Positions 21,362 to 35,153 of a stretch of 64,000 nucleotides of DNA are shown piece by piece. The stretch is from contig CAWJZV010000030.1 of NCBI GenBank assembly GCA_963847445.1, positions 352,001 to 416,000 of the forward strand. The letters run 5' to 3'. Origin of the DNA: an uncultured delta proteobacterium. GTDB lineage: Bacteria > Desulfobacterota > Binatia > UBA9968. Positions within the stretch are counted from its first letter, which is position 1. Each line of letters starts with the position of its first letter. Below the pieces are notes generated by a model. The model ran no database searches, was not told the origin of the DNA, and saw nothing but the letters and a program-made list of their open reading frames with translations. The translations under genes were made by a program, and so were the position numbers.

Positions 21362-21709
21362 TCAGGATCGGATCATCGTCAGAATCATTTTGAACCGCTT
21401 GAGCGCCTTGAGCGCGTGCGGCTGGCCGGCGGGCAGGAGAATCATCTCGCCGCCCTGCAACGGATGGGACTGGCTAGCAATCACGATCTCGGCCGCGCCT
21501 TCCACCACTTGCACCAGCGCATCGAACGGGGACGTGTGCTCACTCAAGCCTTGCCCTTCGTCAAACGCGAAAATAGTCACGCTACCCGTTGGCTTCTTGA
21601 TAATTTCACGGCTGACAACGGCGCCGTCCTGGTAGTTCACCAACCCGGCGGCCGTCGTGGCTTCGGCGCCGGCAAGTCCTTTGGGCTTGGATGGGGTTTC
21701 TGGTTGCAT
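21362..21709 (-). CDS. Cupin domain protein
   Basis: 'VNYQDGAVVSRE', 'FAFDEGQGLSEHTSPFDA', 'PAGQPHAL'. Confidence 0.88.
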   Translation of the reverse strand: MQPETPSKPKGLAGAEATTAAGLVNYQDGAVVSREIIKKPTGSVTIFAFDEGQGLSEHTSPFDALVQVVEGAAEIVIASQSHPLQGGEMILLPAGQPHALKALKRFKMILTMIRS

Positions 21710-21830
21710 GATTCTCCCTTTCACTAGGTTCATTAGTTGACGGTCGCCGGCTCTTTTACCGCGGAATAGCCCCGCCTTGGCCGCTCAGCTTTCCGGCTCT
21801 TTACTTGGCTGCGTATAGCCCAGAACGTCT

Positions 21831-21995
21831 CGGATTCGGATATTCCTCGGGCCACGGATGCCAATGTCGTAAGTGACGGGCCGAGGCCGGTCATCCCGAT
21901 GAGATGCGAGGGATATCGGAAAGATTTCTCCCTCGGTCGAAATGAGCTATTTCTCTTACCTTTGCGCGCTTTTGCTTGCCTTGCGCGAAATGTTC
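21831..21995. repeat. Composite REP-like repeat cluster
   Basis: GTCATCCCGA..., AGATTTCTCCCTCGGTCGAAATGA, CTTTGCGCGCTTTTGC..TTGCGCGA; similar to 34951-35125. Confidence 0.65.
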
Positions 21996-22128
21996 CGGGT
22001 CTAGGTTCTTTGTGCTTGCATGGGCGTCTCAATGATTTCGTCCGGCGCATGACGCATTCGCCGAGCGTCTGTGCAGCGATGATGCTATACTGGTGGCACA
22101 GCACACAGAGTTTTGACCAGTCAGCGCT

Positions 22129-22824
22129 TTACACAACCGTGCCAAACAGGGCTCCTATTCCTGCCGTTATTGCCATGGCCAGTGCTCCCCAGAATGTCAC
22201 GCGCACGGTTCCGGTCAGGATGCCCGCACCGCCGGCCTGAGCCGCCAGGGCACCTAAAAGCGCGAGAAAGAATAACGAAGTTCCTGTAACAAGGGCCACG
22301 AGGCTCGTGACAGGCGCGATCACAACGACGAGTAAAGGCAGCGCGGCACCCACTGCAAACGTGCCGGCGGAAGTAAATGCCGCCTGAACAGGCCGGGCAC
22401 TGATGGTTTCTGAAATGCCGAGTTCGTCCCGGGCATGTGCGGCAAGCGCGTCCTTAGCCATTAGTTGCTCTGCGACTTGGTTTGCCAGAGTCGGATCGAG
22501 ACCCCGTTTGACGTAGATAGCGGCAAGCTCCTTCTTCTCGTTGGATTCGTTGGCAGCGAGTTCACGCCGTTCACGTCCGATGTCCGCTTGCTCGGTGTCT
22601 GACTGAGAGCTGACCGAAACATATTCACCCGCAGCCATGGACATGGCTCCGGCAACCAAACCTGCGACACCTGCCACCAGTACCGCAGTATGTGTTGCAT
22701 TTGACGCGGCCACTCCAACAACCAGACTAGCGGTTGAGACAATGCCGTCGTTGGCGCCCAGAACGGCTGCGCGGAGCCAGCCTATATGTTGTGTACGGTG
22801 CCGCTCACGATGGACTATGGGCAT
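22129..22824 (-). CDS. VIT1/CCC1 family iron/manganese transporter
   Basis: 'LRAAVLGANDGIVS', 'SMAAGEYVSVSSQ.D', 'HARDELGI'. Confidence 0.94.
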   Translation of the reverse strand: MPIVHRERHRTQHIGWLRAAVLGANDGIVSTASLVVGVAASNATHTAVLVAGVAGLVAGAMSMAAGEYVSVSSQSDTEQADIGRERRELAANESNEKKELAAIYVKRGLDPTLANQVAEQLMAKDALAAHARDELGISETISARPVQAAFTSAGTFAVGAALPLLVVVIAPVTSLVALVTGTSLFFLALLGALAAQAGGAGILTGTVRVTFWGALAMAITAGIGALFGTVV

Positions 22825-23212
22825 GCTATTTTCCTATCCATAAAATTACTGCCGGAGTGAGATACGCTCCGGTCCACCTCACTATTACTCCAATCTTACT
22901 AACAGCTTTGCTTGATTTGAAGTAGCGGAGTCATACAATGCTCTCGCCTGAAGTGAACGTTAGGCTGAGTTCATTTTTTCTGTCAGGGAGGCGAAGGTTC
23001 GTATAGATGATTGCGAAAGTCGAAAAGCTCGTCGTTTCGCGGTGACACTGAAAAAGCGATGTTCATTTTAATATTTCACCGTAATTCGAGCGATTGCGCA
23101 GTTCAATTTTGGACGGCAATCAGAATAATTTATTCTCAGGACCGGTTAATTTATCTTGGCGAGACGAACGCGACTGAATACCGATCTTCTTAGAGGCCGA
23201 GGTTAGGATTGC

Positions 23213-24133
23213 TTACCCGCTTCCCTTCTCCCGCGGATGAAACTGTTGATGCACCTTCTTCAATCTTGCGCCGTCGACGTGGGTATATATCTGCGTCGTC
23301 GAAATATCGGCGTGGCCGAGCATGGTCTGCACTGAGCGCAAGTCGGCGCCGCCTTCGAGTAGGTGCGTAGCGAAGGAGTGGCGCAGGGTGTGCGGTGTGA
23401 CTCGTTTATCGATGCCGGCGATCAGGGCGTAGCGGCGGATGAGTTTCCAGAAGCCTTGGCGGCTCAGCGGTTTGCCGGAACGGTTGATGAAGACGAACGG
23501 ACTCAATTTCCCCTTGAGCAATCGCCGCCGGCCATCGGTCATGAAGGAGTTCAACTTTTCGCGCGCGTAATTGCCGAACGGCACGGCGCGCACTTTCGAG
23601 CCCTTACCTTTGATGATGACGTAGTTGCCCTGGAAATTGACCTGCTGTGTCTGCAATCGCACCAACTCCGACACCCGCAGGCCGGTGGCGTAGAGCAATT
23701 CGAACATCGCCTGGTCACGCGCGCCCAGCGGTTCGTTGGCGTCCGGCTGGTTGAGCAGGCATTGAATGTCCGCCGCCGAGAGCGTCTGCGGCAGCTTTCT
23801 CTGTCCCGGCGTCGGCAAGAGCGCCGGCATGGGATTTTCCTTGAGCAGGTTTTCGGTTTGGAGGAAGCGCAATAGCCGGCGCAGTGTCACCACATGGCGC
23901 GCGACGCTCTTTGGACTCAGTCCCTTGGCGCGCAGCGCGCCGACGTAGGCGCGAATATGGTTCGTGTCAACTTCGCGCCAGTCGGAAACCTTTTGCCCGA
24001 TAAGAAAGCCCGACAGCCCGGCGAGATCGCGGCTGTAAGCATCGAGGGTATTTTTCGCCAGCCCCTTCTCGACGGCGAGCATCGAGAGGAACGAGTCAAT
24101 GTACGGACTCAGCGAGTCGTTCGTTGGTAACAT
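23213..24133 (-). CDS. xerD: Site-specific tyrosine recombinase XerD
   Basis: 'EKGLAKNTLDAY', 'LYATGLRVSEL', 'KGKGSK', 'TPHTLRHSFATHLL', 'LGHADISTTQIYTHV'. Confidence 0.93.
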   Translation of the reverse strand: MLPTNDSLSPYIDSFLSMLAVEKGLAKNTLDAYSRDLAGLSGFLIGQKVSDWREVDTNHIRAYVGALRAKGLSPKSVARHVVTLRRLLRFLQTENLLKENPMPALLPTPGQRKLPQTLSAADIQCLLNQPDANEPLGARDQAMFELLYATGLRVSELVRLQTQQVNFQGNYVIIKGKGSKVRAVPFGNYAREKLNSFMTDGRRRLLKGKLSPFVFINRSGKPLSRQGFWKLIRRYALIAGIDKRVTPHTLRHSFATHLLEGGADLRSVQTMLGHADISTTQIYTHVDGARLKKVHQQFHPREKGSG

Positions 24134-26818
24134 TCTCTGGCGCCAGACTTTGGAAAAGCGAGCTTCTGACTTCCTCGACCCTTTCGGCCCCGGCGATTTT
24201 CTCGCCCGAGCTCTCGGTGACGTAAAAGACATCGGCCACTTGATCGACATTGGTCGAGATCTTAGCGACATGGATCGACAGTCCCAACCGATGCAAGTTA
24301 TGAGCTATGGTAAACAGCACGCCGATCCGATCATCGGTAAAAATCTCAACGACAGAAAAATCGTCCGATACGCGGTTGTCGATATTGATAACAGTGGATA
24401 CCTTGGGCGCGCGCTTGAGCAGGTAAAGCGAAGGTTTGGCCGCTTCGACCAGGCGGACGACATCGGCTATTGCCATCCAACACATTGTCCAAGACGGTTT
24501 TGAACTTGGCCCATTTCGCATCGGCCATGACCAGTTCCGGCCGGCCGCGATGCGAGATACGGAAGACGTCGAGAATGCGCCCGTCGCTGGCGGTAAAGAT
24601 CCGCGCGTTGAGAATATCGAGGTTGAGCGAGGTCAAGACGCCGGTGATGGAGGCGAACAGTCCGGGCCGGTCCTGGGTGCAGATTATCACCGAGCTACAG
24701 TTACGTTCAGGGAAATGTTCGACATAGGAGAGCGCGCCTTTACCGCGAAACTTCTCCATCAAAGCAAAGTGCTTGGGGATCTCAGCCTCGGAGGTGGAGA
24801 GGAAATACCGGTCGGGCATGGCGTCGATAAAATCATCGACCTTGGCCTCGGGTTGCGGCAGCGCGAGCAATTGGCGCCGGACGCGGCCTTGGATGCGCTG
24901 CAAGACGGCGCGCACGTCTGCGCGCGGGAACTCGCCCTTCTCGGCTTCTTCGAGGAGGTTCAAAGTTTTTACATAGAGCTCGCCCAGGAGCGAACCCTTC
25001 CAAGGATTCCAAACATCCGGCCCCACCGCTTTGACATCGGCGAAGGTCAGGAGATAGAGCATCTTCAAGTTGTTGACGCTACCCATGGTTTTCGCGAATT
25101 CAAAAATGGTTTTCTCGTCCTCGAGGTCGCGCCGCAGGGCGGTGTGGGTCATGAGCAGATGGTGGCGCACGAGAAACTCCACCAACGCGCCATCATCGGC
25201 ATTAAGCCCCATGCGCCGGGCGATCGGGCGCACCATGTTGGCGCCGACTTCCGAATGACCGCCGCCGAAACCCTTGCCGATGTCATGGAACATCATGCCC
25301 AGGTAGAGCAGCTCGATCTTTTCCGCCTCGCGCGCCACTTGCGTCAGCAAAGGCAGCGTCGCTTCGTAGATTGCCGGCGCGCAGCCGTTCGATCTCTTGA
25401 ATCAGCATGAGAGAATGCTCATCCACCGTGTAGGTGTGATAGGCGTCGTGCAACACCATGCACAGCAAGCGGCCGAATTCCGGGATAAACGCGCCGAGCA
25501 CGCCCGAGCGATGCATTTCCAAGAGCGTCTCATAGACGGAATCTTTCCATTCGAGAATCGCGAAAAACGGCTGGTTGGCGGCCGCCGAACAGCGAAACTC
25601 CTCGTCGATCAAGTCGATATGGCCGCGCAGTAGCTCGCGGGTCTCATGGCTCAAGCGGCAGCGATATTTCTGCCCATCATCGAACAGGCGGATCAAATTA
25701 CTCGGATCGTTTTTGAGCACCTCGGGTTTGGTCAGGGTGAGTTGACCTTTCGAAATGCGCACGCCTTCGCGCAGGGTGCGGCCGAAGGCCAATTTGTCGC
25801 TGAAGCGCGGCTTGTCGCAGTCGGTGACCCGGTGCACGATCAGATCCGAAATCCGGCAAATCTGCATGGCGTGCAAGTAGTACACGCGCATAAACACTTC
25901 GACGCCGCGCAGCGTTCCCTCGCTCTGAAATCCCAAGGCCTCGCTGACTTTTTCTTGCTGCTCGAAGGTCAGCTGGTCCTGATGCTTGCCGGTGGCAAAG
26001 TGCATTTCATTGCGCACTCGCAGAAGAAAATCCTGCGATTCCTTGAGACCGACCACGTCGGCTGCGCTGATCACGCCGTGATTGACGAGACCGTCTAATT
26101 CCTTGACCTTAAGTTGTGCGCGGGCGATCCAGCGGGCGGTCTGGACATCGCGTAATCCACCCAAACCCTCTTTGACCTCGGGTTCAAGCAAATAGACCGA
26201 TCCGCCATAGGTTTTGTGACGGACAATGCTTTCATTGAGCTTCTCACGAACGAATCGGCCGATTCCCTTCTTGAGCAATTTGTTGTCGAGGGTCTTGCTG
26301 AATTCGCCAAACAGCGGAAAATCGCCGCAGAGAAAGCGCGTGTCAAGCAATGCCGTGCGAATCTTCATGTCCGATTCGCCCAAGCGCACGCAATCGGAGA
26401 TGGTGCGCGTCGCGGGCCCGACCGCCAAACCCAAATCCCACAACGTGTGCAGCAAGCGTTCGTTGAGCGCTTGGACAAACGGATTGACCCGACCGTTGTG
26501 CAAAAATATTAAATCGATGTCGGAATAAGGACTTAGTTCGCCGCGGCCATACCCCCCTTGAGCGATCAAAGCCAGCCCGCCCCCCTGGCCGCGAAAGCGC
26601 GGCAGGAGTTCAGCGCCCAAGGAGCTAAACAAATAGCGGATGATATGATCCATCACCGTCGAGTAGGCCGCTGCGACTTCCATGCCGCCGGCGCCCTGAC
26701 GATGGCGCTCGAACAAAATGCGCCGGCCACGCTCCAGATAGCTCCGGCCCAGCGCTTTGAGGTTGACTTCGACCTGACTGTCTTGAAGTAAGGCTAATGA
26801 AATAGCGACTGCGTCCAT
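24096..26818 (-). CDS. glnD: [Protein-PII] uridylyltransferase (frameshifted)
   Basis: 'GGYGRGELSPYSDIDL', 'KEGLGGLRD', 'HTYTVDEH', 'HDIGKG', two ACT domains 'DRPGLF' and 'DRIGVL'. Confidence 0.95.
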
Positions 26819-26826
26819 GATTGATA

Positions 26827-28229
26827 TTATAGCGGTTTGGCGATGGCGATCGACTGACCATATTTCTGAATGCCTTCGAACAGCGAGTTGGCCATGGCAT
26901 CTTGATTGTCCTCACGGCTCATCGCCGGTCCCTCGACGCGATGGGTGACGAAAAACATCTCCACCAAGACGCTCGGCATGCGCGCGCCGACCAGGACATA
27001 AAATAGCGCCGTCTTGACGCCGAGGTCGCGCACCTCGCCGACCGCTTTGGTCATGCCGCCGACCATCGACTGCTGCAAGCGGTGCGCTAGCGTGATCGAA
27101 TCCTCGAGTTTCATGTTCTGGGTCATGTCGCTGAGGATAAATTGCAAATCGGAGACCGGCTTGCGCGCGCCGCCGTTCTCTCGCGCCGCCAGCCGCAGCG
27201 CCGCTTCATCGCTGGTGTTGTTGAGATAATAGGTCTCGACGCCGCGCGCTTCGCCATTGGCGCTGGCGTTCGTATGCAACGAAATAAACAGATCGGCATT
27301 CTCGGCGTTGGCCCGATGGGTGCGGTCCTCCAAGGCGACGAAGCGGTCGTCATCGCGGGTCAAGACCACCTCGACGCCCATTTCATTCTTGAGCTTATGG
27401 GCGAGCTTCTTGGCGATGCTCAACACCAAGTCTTTCTCCATAATACCACCGACGCCGATGGCACCGGGATCTTTACCGCCATGGCCCGGATCGATGACGA
27501 TCTTGCGAATGCCGGTAGCGTTAGCCCAGCGGCAGCGGTCGCCTTATTGTCTCGCGAAGCACCGAGACGGGGAGATTTTTCCCCCTTGGCGGCCTCCTCC
27601 TTGACGGCTGCGCGCACCGGCGTCTGCTGCCCGTGTAAATCGATCACCAAACGATGCGGGTCGGGCAGCATGAACGCATTGTGATCGCGCAGGCTGGTTA
27701 GATCTAAGACCACGCGCACGACCTCAGCGCTGTATTGGCTGACGCGCACCTGACGCAACAGACGATCATCTACCGGCACCGGCACCGGCTCCTTTGAGTT
27801 CAGCGCCAAGCGCGCGCCGCGGATATCGACGTACATGCGCGGCGGTATGCCCTTGGCAGGATCGTCCTTGAGCCGGCGCACTTCGTATTGGGCGTCATGC
27901 GATAGCTCCAACATGACGCGGGTGAAATTTTTCCACGATAACAAACGCACGCCGGTGACTTGAACTTTATCCGCAGCGGCGGTCGACACCGTGCCTGAAG
28001 CCGCCGCGACAGCCATTGGCTTTTTGTCTTTCTCGACGGCGCGTAGCGGCGGCAGCGGTTGATTTTCTCCGCGCTTGGGCGAGCCCGATTGCGCATCGGT
28101 CGATAGCGACTGGCGCACCGCCGGAGCGCTGCGGACTTGCGCTGAAAGCTTGCTCTCAGAGCACAGCCACACTGCCGCCAATCCAACTAATCCGATGCTA
28201 ACCTGACTACCTAGCTTAATAACCATCAC
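26827..28229 (-). CDS. amiC: N-acetylmuramoyl-L-alanine amidase with AMIN domain (frameshifted)
   Basis: Signal peptide, AMIN-like 'VRVVLDL', 'IDPGHGGKDPGA', 'FISLHTNA', 'MPSVLVE'. Confidence 0.88.
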
Positions 28230-28251
28230 TATTACTCATGATTTCGGCCCA

Positions 28252-30827
<2,576 letters not shown>

Positions 30828-30832
30828 GGCGA

Positions 30833-31312
30833 TCAGGCGGAGCCGCTCCGCCCCTCGTCGAGCCGCCGTGTGGCGCGACTGGCCTTACCCGCCAAGCCGC
30901 CAAAGCGCCTGACCGCGCCATCGAGTTCGCGCACCAAGCTGCCGATACCCAGGGAAATTAAGAACTGGCGCTCCATGACATGGCGAATTTTCTGCCGGTC
31001 GCTGGTCAAGACGAATAGTTCTTCGCCGTCGGTGAGATAGCGCAGCGACTCCGGCGGCCGCGCCGCCGGGTCGGTTTGTTCCTGCAACGGCCGCAAGCAG
31101 CGACGGATCTTTTTCAGGCTAAAACCGTAGTGCGCCAGATCCTTGACCACCTTCAAGCAAACTAGATCGTGAAATGAATAAAGCCGCTTGGTGCCGCGCC
31201 CGCCGGCGAGCTTGATCGACGGCCGGAGAAAATTCTGCTCGTCCCAATATTGCAGCTGGCGCAGACTGACCCCGACAATGCGGCTAGCGGTCTTGCTATC
31301 GTAGGTATCCAA
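30833..31312 (-). CDS. MerR-family HTH protein
   Basis: '[28 protein letters not shown]'; start uncertain (TTG 31312 or ATG 31363); ends 5 bp before mutS. Confidence 0.85.
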   Translation of the reverse strand: MDTYDSKTASRIVGVSLRQLQYWDEQNFLRPSIKLAGGRGTKRLYSFHDLVCLKVVKDLAHYGFSLKKIRRCLRPLQEQTDPAARPPESLRYLTDGEELFVLTSDRQKIRHVMERQFLISLGIGSLVRELDGAVRRFGGLAGKASRATRRLDEGRSGSA

Positions 31313-31364
31313 GTCGATGTCCAGATGGGTCAGGGTTGAGAATGGAAACAATAATGTTTTCATC

Positions 31365-31393
31365 AAAGTAAACGCAAGGTAGCGGGAAGTCAA
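31365..31393 (-). promoter_or_regulatory. Putative sigma70 promoter for the merR-mutS operon
   Basis: TTGACT-N17-TACTTT on the minus strand. Confidence 0.5.
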
Positions 31394-31570
31394 CTAAAAG
31401 CCGCCGGCCGGCTTAGGCATTGCTGCTCTACTGAGCCAGTACAACAGCGACTCGCAAACTGTCATTTCGAGCGTAGCGAGAAATCTCGTCTTGATTGCAC
31501 ATCAGCGTTACCGATCACTGAAACCGCGTTTACTATTGAACGGGCACCGCCGATATGGTGAAGAGTAGCC

Positions 31571-32377
31571 ATGCCATTTCCCGCTAATCTGCTCGTCGGT
31601 ACTTCCAGCTGGTCGAGCAGCGACTGGCTGGGCTCATTCTATCCGGCGAACTTAAAACCCGGGCAGTTCATCGAGGCCTACGCGCGCAAATTTCCCGCGG
31701 TGGAGATCGACTCCACCTACTACAGCATCCCGCCGGCCCATGTGGTGGCGAGCTGGCGCGAAAAAACCCCGCCGGGATTTATCTTTACCGCGAAGATTCC
31801 CGGCGTGATTACCCACGAGAAGGTATTGAAAGATTGCCAGGCCGAGTTCACCAGCTTTCTCAACAACATTTCGCTTTTGGGCGACCGCTTAGGGCCGCTG
31901 CTGTTGCAGTTCCCCTATTTCAATCGCAACGCTTTTCCGTCGCGCCAGCCCTTCGACAAACTGCTCAAGCCGTTCCTGCAAAGTCTGCCGAAAGAGTTCA
32001 AGTTCGCCCTGGAGATTCGCAATAAAAACTGGATCAGCTGGGATTTTCTCGAAATGCTGCGCGAGCACCAGGTGGCCTACGCCTTGGTCGCCCAGGCCTG
32101 GATGCCGAGCATCGATACCTTGGCCAAGGCGCTCGATTTGGTCACCAGCGACTTCGCCTATGTCCGCTTCATCGGCGACCGCAAAGCCATCGAGGCGAAA
32201 ACCAAACGCTGGGACAAACTGATCGAAGATAAAACTCCGGAAATGAAAGTGTGGGTCAGCGAACTCAAGAAGATCACCGACAAGGGCGTCAAGACCTACG
32301 CATTTTTCAACAATCATTACGCCGGCTTCTCGCCCGGATCGGTCAAACAATTTGAGGATCTCTGGGAGCAGGGCTAA
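31571..32377 (+). CDS. DUF72 (YecE-like) protein
   Basis: 'VGTSSWS', 'VEIDSTYY', 'LGPLLLQFP', 'ALEIRN', 'AFFNNHYAG'. Confidence 0.92.
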   Translation: MPFPANLLVGTSSWSSSDWLGSFYPANLKPGQFIEAYARKFPAVEIDSTYYSIPPAHVVASWREKTPPGFIFTAKIPGVITHEKVLKDCQAEFTSFLNNISLLGDRLGPLLLQFPYFNRNAFPSRQPFDKLLKPFLQSLPKEFKFALEIRNKNWISWDFLEMLREHQVAYALVAQAWMPSIDTLAKALDLVTSDFAYVRFIGDRKAIEAKTKRWDKLIEDKTPEMKVWVSELKKITDKGVKTYAFFNNHYAGFSPGSVKQFEDLWEQG

Positions 32378-32671
32378 GCAGCTGTTTAGATATCGGCTTG
32401 CGACAAGGCAAAGTAGTTCAATTCGAATCATTTCGAGCGTAGCGACGAAATCTCTGCGAAATTGGCGCCTGCGGACGAGTCTTCCGAAAATAACCGGCCA
32501 TGGTCGGGTTGGTAGAAGGAAATCCCTCTATTTGATTCACCGTGGGCGCGCGTAAGATCATGATTCACTTCGTGGTGAAAGCACCATCACACTACTTGAC
32601 GCAAAATCCCCTCACGGCGTATGCTCGCTCTCGTTGGCGAATTAACTCAAGCAAATTATTTGGAGGATTCT

Positions 32672-33643
32672 ATGGCTGCTAACGAAAAAAATGCCCTGCA
32701 TCTCGCGACCCACTCGGGCTGGTATCGCTATGAACGGCGCGGCGAAAACTGGCAACAGACGGACCGCGCACTGACTTTCTGGCAAATGAGTTGTATTCAA
32801 GTTGATCCCGACAACCCCAAGCATGTCTACGCCGGCACGGAGCATTCCGGCATGTTCATTACCAAAGACGGCGGCAAGGACTGGAAGCGCGCCGAACCCA
32901 ACGTACCGATTTTGGAAATGTCGGCAATGCTCGCCTTACCTGGGAAAGTCTTGGTCGGCACCCGCCCCGCGGCCCTGTATATGGCGAAGAACGGCAGCGG
33001 CTGGCAGGAAGTTAAAGGCATTCGCCAAGGCGCCTTTGGCGGCACGTTTCCGCCCAATCCTGATTTGGCGCCGCGCACGCGCGTGCTGACCGCGGAGAAA
33101 GCTCCCGGTAACCGGCTCTATGCCGGCATCGAAGTCGGCGGCATATTGGTCAGCGATGACGACGGCGAGAGCTGGGTCAAACGCAACGACGGCCTAACCG
33201 ATCACGACCTGCACCAGATTTTATCGGCAAGCAAAAAGCCCGGCCTATTGGTGGCTGCCTGCGGCGAAGGGGTCGCGCGCAGCACCGATCGCGGCAACAA
33301 ATGGCAACCAGTCACCCCTGCCGGCGGCCGGACATACGGCAATGCCCTCGCCGAAGACGACAATGGCAATATCTATCTCGGTATCACCCAAGACCGCCCA
33401 CGCACCTGGACCCGCGCCGGACGCGCCAAGACGGCGATCTTCAAATCCCAAGACGGCGCCAACTGGGAGTTTCTAACCGACCAGATGAGCGGCGGTGTCA
33501 TGGAAATGTGCCCGAACGCCGACGGCAACGGCGTCTTGATCGCCACCGCTGACGGCGAAGTCGTCAACGTCGATTCCAATGGCAAGAGCCGCACATTGGT
33601 TAGCGGTGTGCCATGCATCAATGCGCTAGCTTTGGGAGCATAA
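32672..33643 (+). CDS. BNR/Asp-box beta-propeller protein
   Basis: Asp-boxes TKDGGKDW, SDDDGESW, STDRGNKW, SQDGANW; GGAGG RBS. Confidence 0.8.
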   Translation: MAANEKNALHLATHSGWYRYERRGENWQQTDRALTFWQMSCIQVDPDNPKHVYAGTEHSGMFITKDGGKDWKRAEPNVPILEMSAMLALPGKVLVGTRPAALYMAKNGSGWQEVKGIRQGAFGGTFPPNPDLAPRTRVLTAEKAPGNRLYAGIEVGGILVSDDDGESWVKRNDGLTDHDLHQILSASKKPGLLVAACGEGVARSTDRGNKWQPVTPAGGRTYGNALAEDDNGNIYLGITQDRPRTWTRAGRAKTAIFKSQDGANWEFLTDQMSGGVMEMCPNADGNGVLIATADGEVVNVDSNGKSRTLVSGVPCINALALGA

Positions 33644-33646
33644 AAT

Positions 33647-33720
33647 TCGTTTCGGGTTTCGGGTTTTGAGTTTCGGGTTGGGAGGGGGAACTCGAAACCC
33701 GGAACCCGTGACTCGAAACA
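33647..33720. repeat. Heptamer-based inverted repeat between convergent genes (possible terminator)
   Basis: TTTCGGG-like units followed by complementary AACTCGA/AACCCGG units. Confidence 0.6.
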
Positions 33721-33728
33721 GGTTTTGC

Positions 33729-34208
33729 TTACGCCGCCGGCAACTTCTGATACTTGCCTTTGAAAAATAACAGCGGCCGCTCGCCGTCAGCCGCGACGTT
33801 GAGGATCTCACCGACGACAATGGTATGATCGCCGCCGTCGTGGCAGGCGGTGATTTTACACTCCACCTGACCCAAGGCGCCGGCGATGAGAGCAACACCG
33901 TTGCTGCCGGCGTGCCAGTTCAAATCGGCGAATTTGTCGATCCCCTTGGTCGCGAAGCGGCGCGAGACATCTTCCTGATCTTCACTCAAAATATTCACGT
34001 TAAAACCATTGCCCGGCGCGAAGCAGCCGTAGCAAGTCGCGCCTTTATCGACACTGATGATCGCCAGCGGCGGATTGAGCGACAGCGACATGAACGCATT
34101 GGCCGTCAAGCCTTGCGGCGCACCGTCCTGGTCCCTGGCCGTAATCACGGTAACACCGGTGGCGAAGTGCCCCATGACGCGGCGCAGTTCTTGAGCTTCG
34201 ATGGCCAT
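33729..34208 (-). CDS. Flavin reductase (HpaC/RutF-like)
   Basis: 'LRRVMGHFATGVTVIT', 'SLSLNPPL', 'GGDHTIVVGE', 'PLLFFKGKY'. Confidence 0.92.
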   Translation of the reverse strand: MAIEAQELRRVMGHFATGVTVITARDQDGAPQGLTANAFMSLSLNPPLAIISVDKGATCYGCFAPGNGFNVNILSEDQEDVSRRFATKGIDKFADLNWHAGSNGVALIAGALGQVECKITACHDGGDHTIVVGEILNVAADGERPLLFFKGKYQKLPAA

Positions 34209-34341
34209 TTTTTCTCCCGGTTTAAACAAAACTTTTCCAAGTGGTAGCAGAGCCCGCCGAGGACTGTCAATCGACTGCTGTTGCGCTAGACGCGACGGCG
34301 TGAAAAGTGTTATCTACTAATTACTTGAAGGAGGATTTCGT

Positions 34342-34905
34342 ATGGCCGTACAGGAACGCAAAGCCGAAAATACTTTTGACCGCTATATCGCCGAGGTGCG
34401 CGCCGTCTGGGGCGACGGCAAGGACCCGCAGCTACCCGACAAAGTGGCTGCACTCATGGAAAAGCTGTTCGCCTCGACCAGCCCCAACGATCCCTGGATG
34501 GCCGAGATCATTCGCGACGGCAAACCATCCCGTGAACTCTATCGCGATCCCGACCATGGCTTCATTCAAATGGGCCATGTGCACAAGCAAGGCCACGGCA
34601 ACACGCCCCATGACCACGGGCCTTGCTGGGTCGTTTACGGCGCCTTCAGCGGCATCACCGAGATCACCAAATACAAACGGACTGACGACGGCTCGCAGCC
34701 GGGCAAATGCGCTCTCGAAAAAGACCGCCTCGATACGCTTACCGCCGGCGTGGTCGTCCCCTACGTCACCGGCGACATCCACTCGACCCACGCGGCTCAA
34801 GGACCAGGGGTGGTTTTCCGCTTTTTGAGCTACGACTTGGATAAGATCGACCGCAGCCGTTACAACATGGAAAAAGGCACGGTCATCCCGGTGCCGGCGC
34901 GCTAA
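34342..34905 (+). CDS. Cupin-fold, cysteine dioxygenase-like protein
   Basis: 'TPHDHG.CWVVYG' and 'GDIHST' 3-His pattern. Confidence 0.7.
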   Translation: MAVQERKAENTFDRYIAEVRAVWGDGKDPQLPDKVAALMEKLFASTSPNDPWMAEIIRDGKPSRELYRDPDHGFIQMGHVHKQGHGNTPHDHGPCWVVYGAFSGITEITKYKRTDDGSQPGKCALEKDRLDTLTAGVVVPYVTGDIHSTHAAQGPGVVFRFLSYDLDKIDRSRYNMEKGTVIPVPAR

Positions 34906-34950
34906 ACGCGGTTTTTCTGGATTACTGTGAAGAGGTAGGGAACCGGATTC

Positions 34951-35125
34951 GGAAATGGCTCTCGCAAAGGCGCGCCAAGGTAGGGGCGATTCATGAATCG
35001 CCCTTACTGTCATTTCGACCCTTGGGTGAAATCTTTCTTAGATCCCTCGTGTTCCCTCGGGATGACGGGCATCGCCCGTCACCTTTGCGGCCTTGGGGTC
35101 TTTGCGAGAGATATTCCGAGTTCCG
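34951..35125. repeat. Composite REP cluster including a GTAG-type REP
   Basis: GTAGGGGCGATTCATGAATCGCCC palindrome plus GTCATTTCGACC..GAAATCT unit. Confidence 0.7.
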
Positions 35126-35153
35126 GACAAAAGCGTAACGAAGACATTTTCCC

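Noticed and set aside
23213-24133. Integron integrase or phage integrase
   Set aside because: Size, motifs and housekeeping context match XerD; no IntI-specific insertion seen; 25 kb from the attC sites
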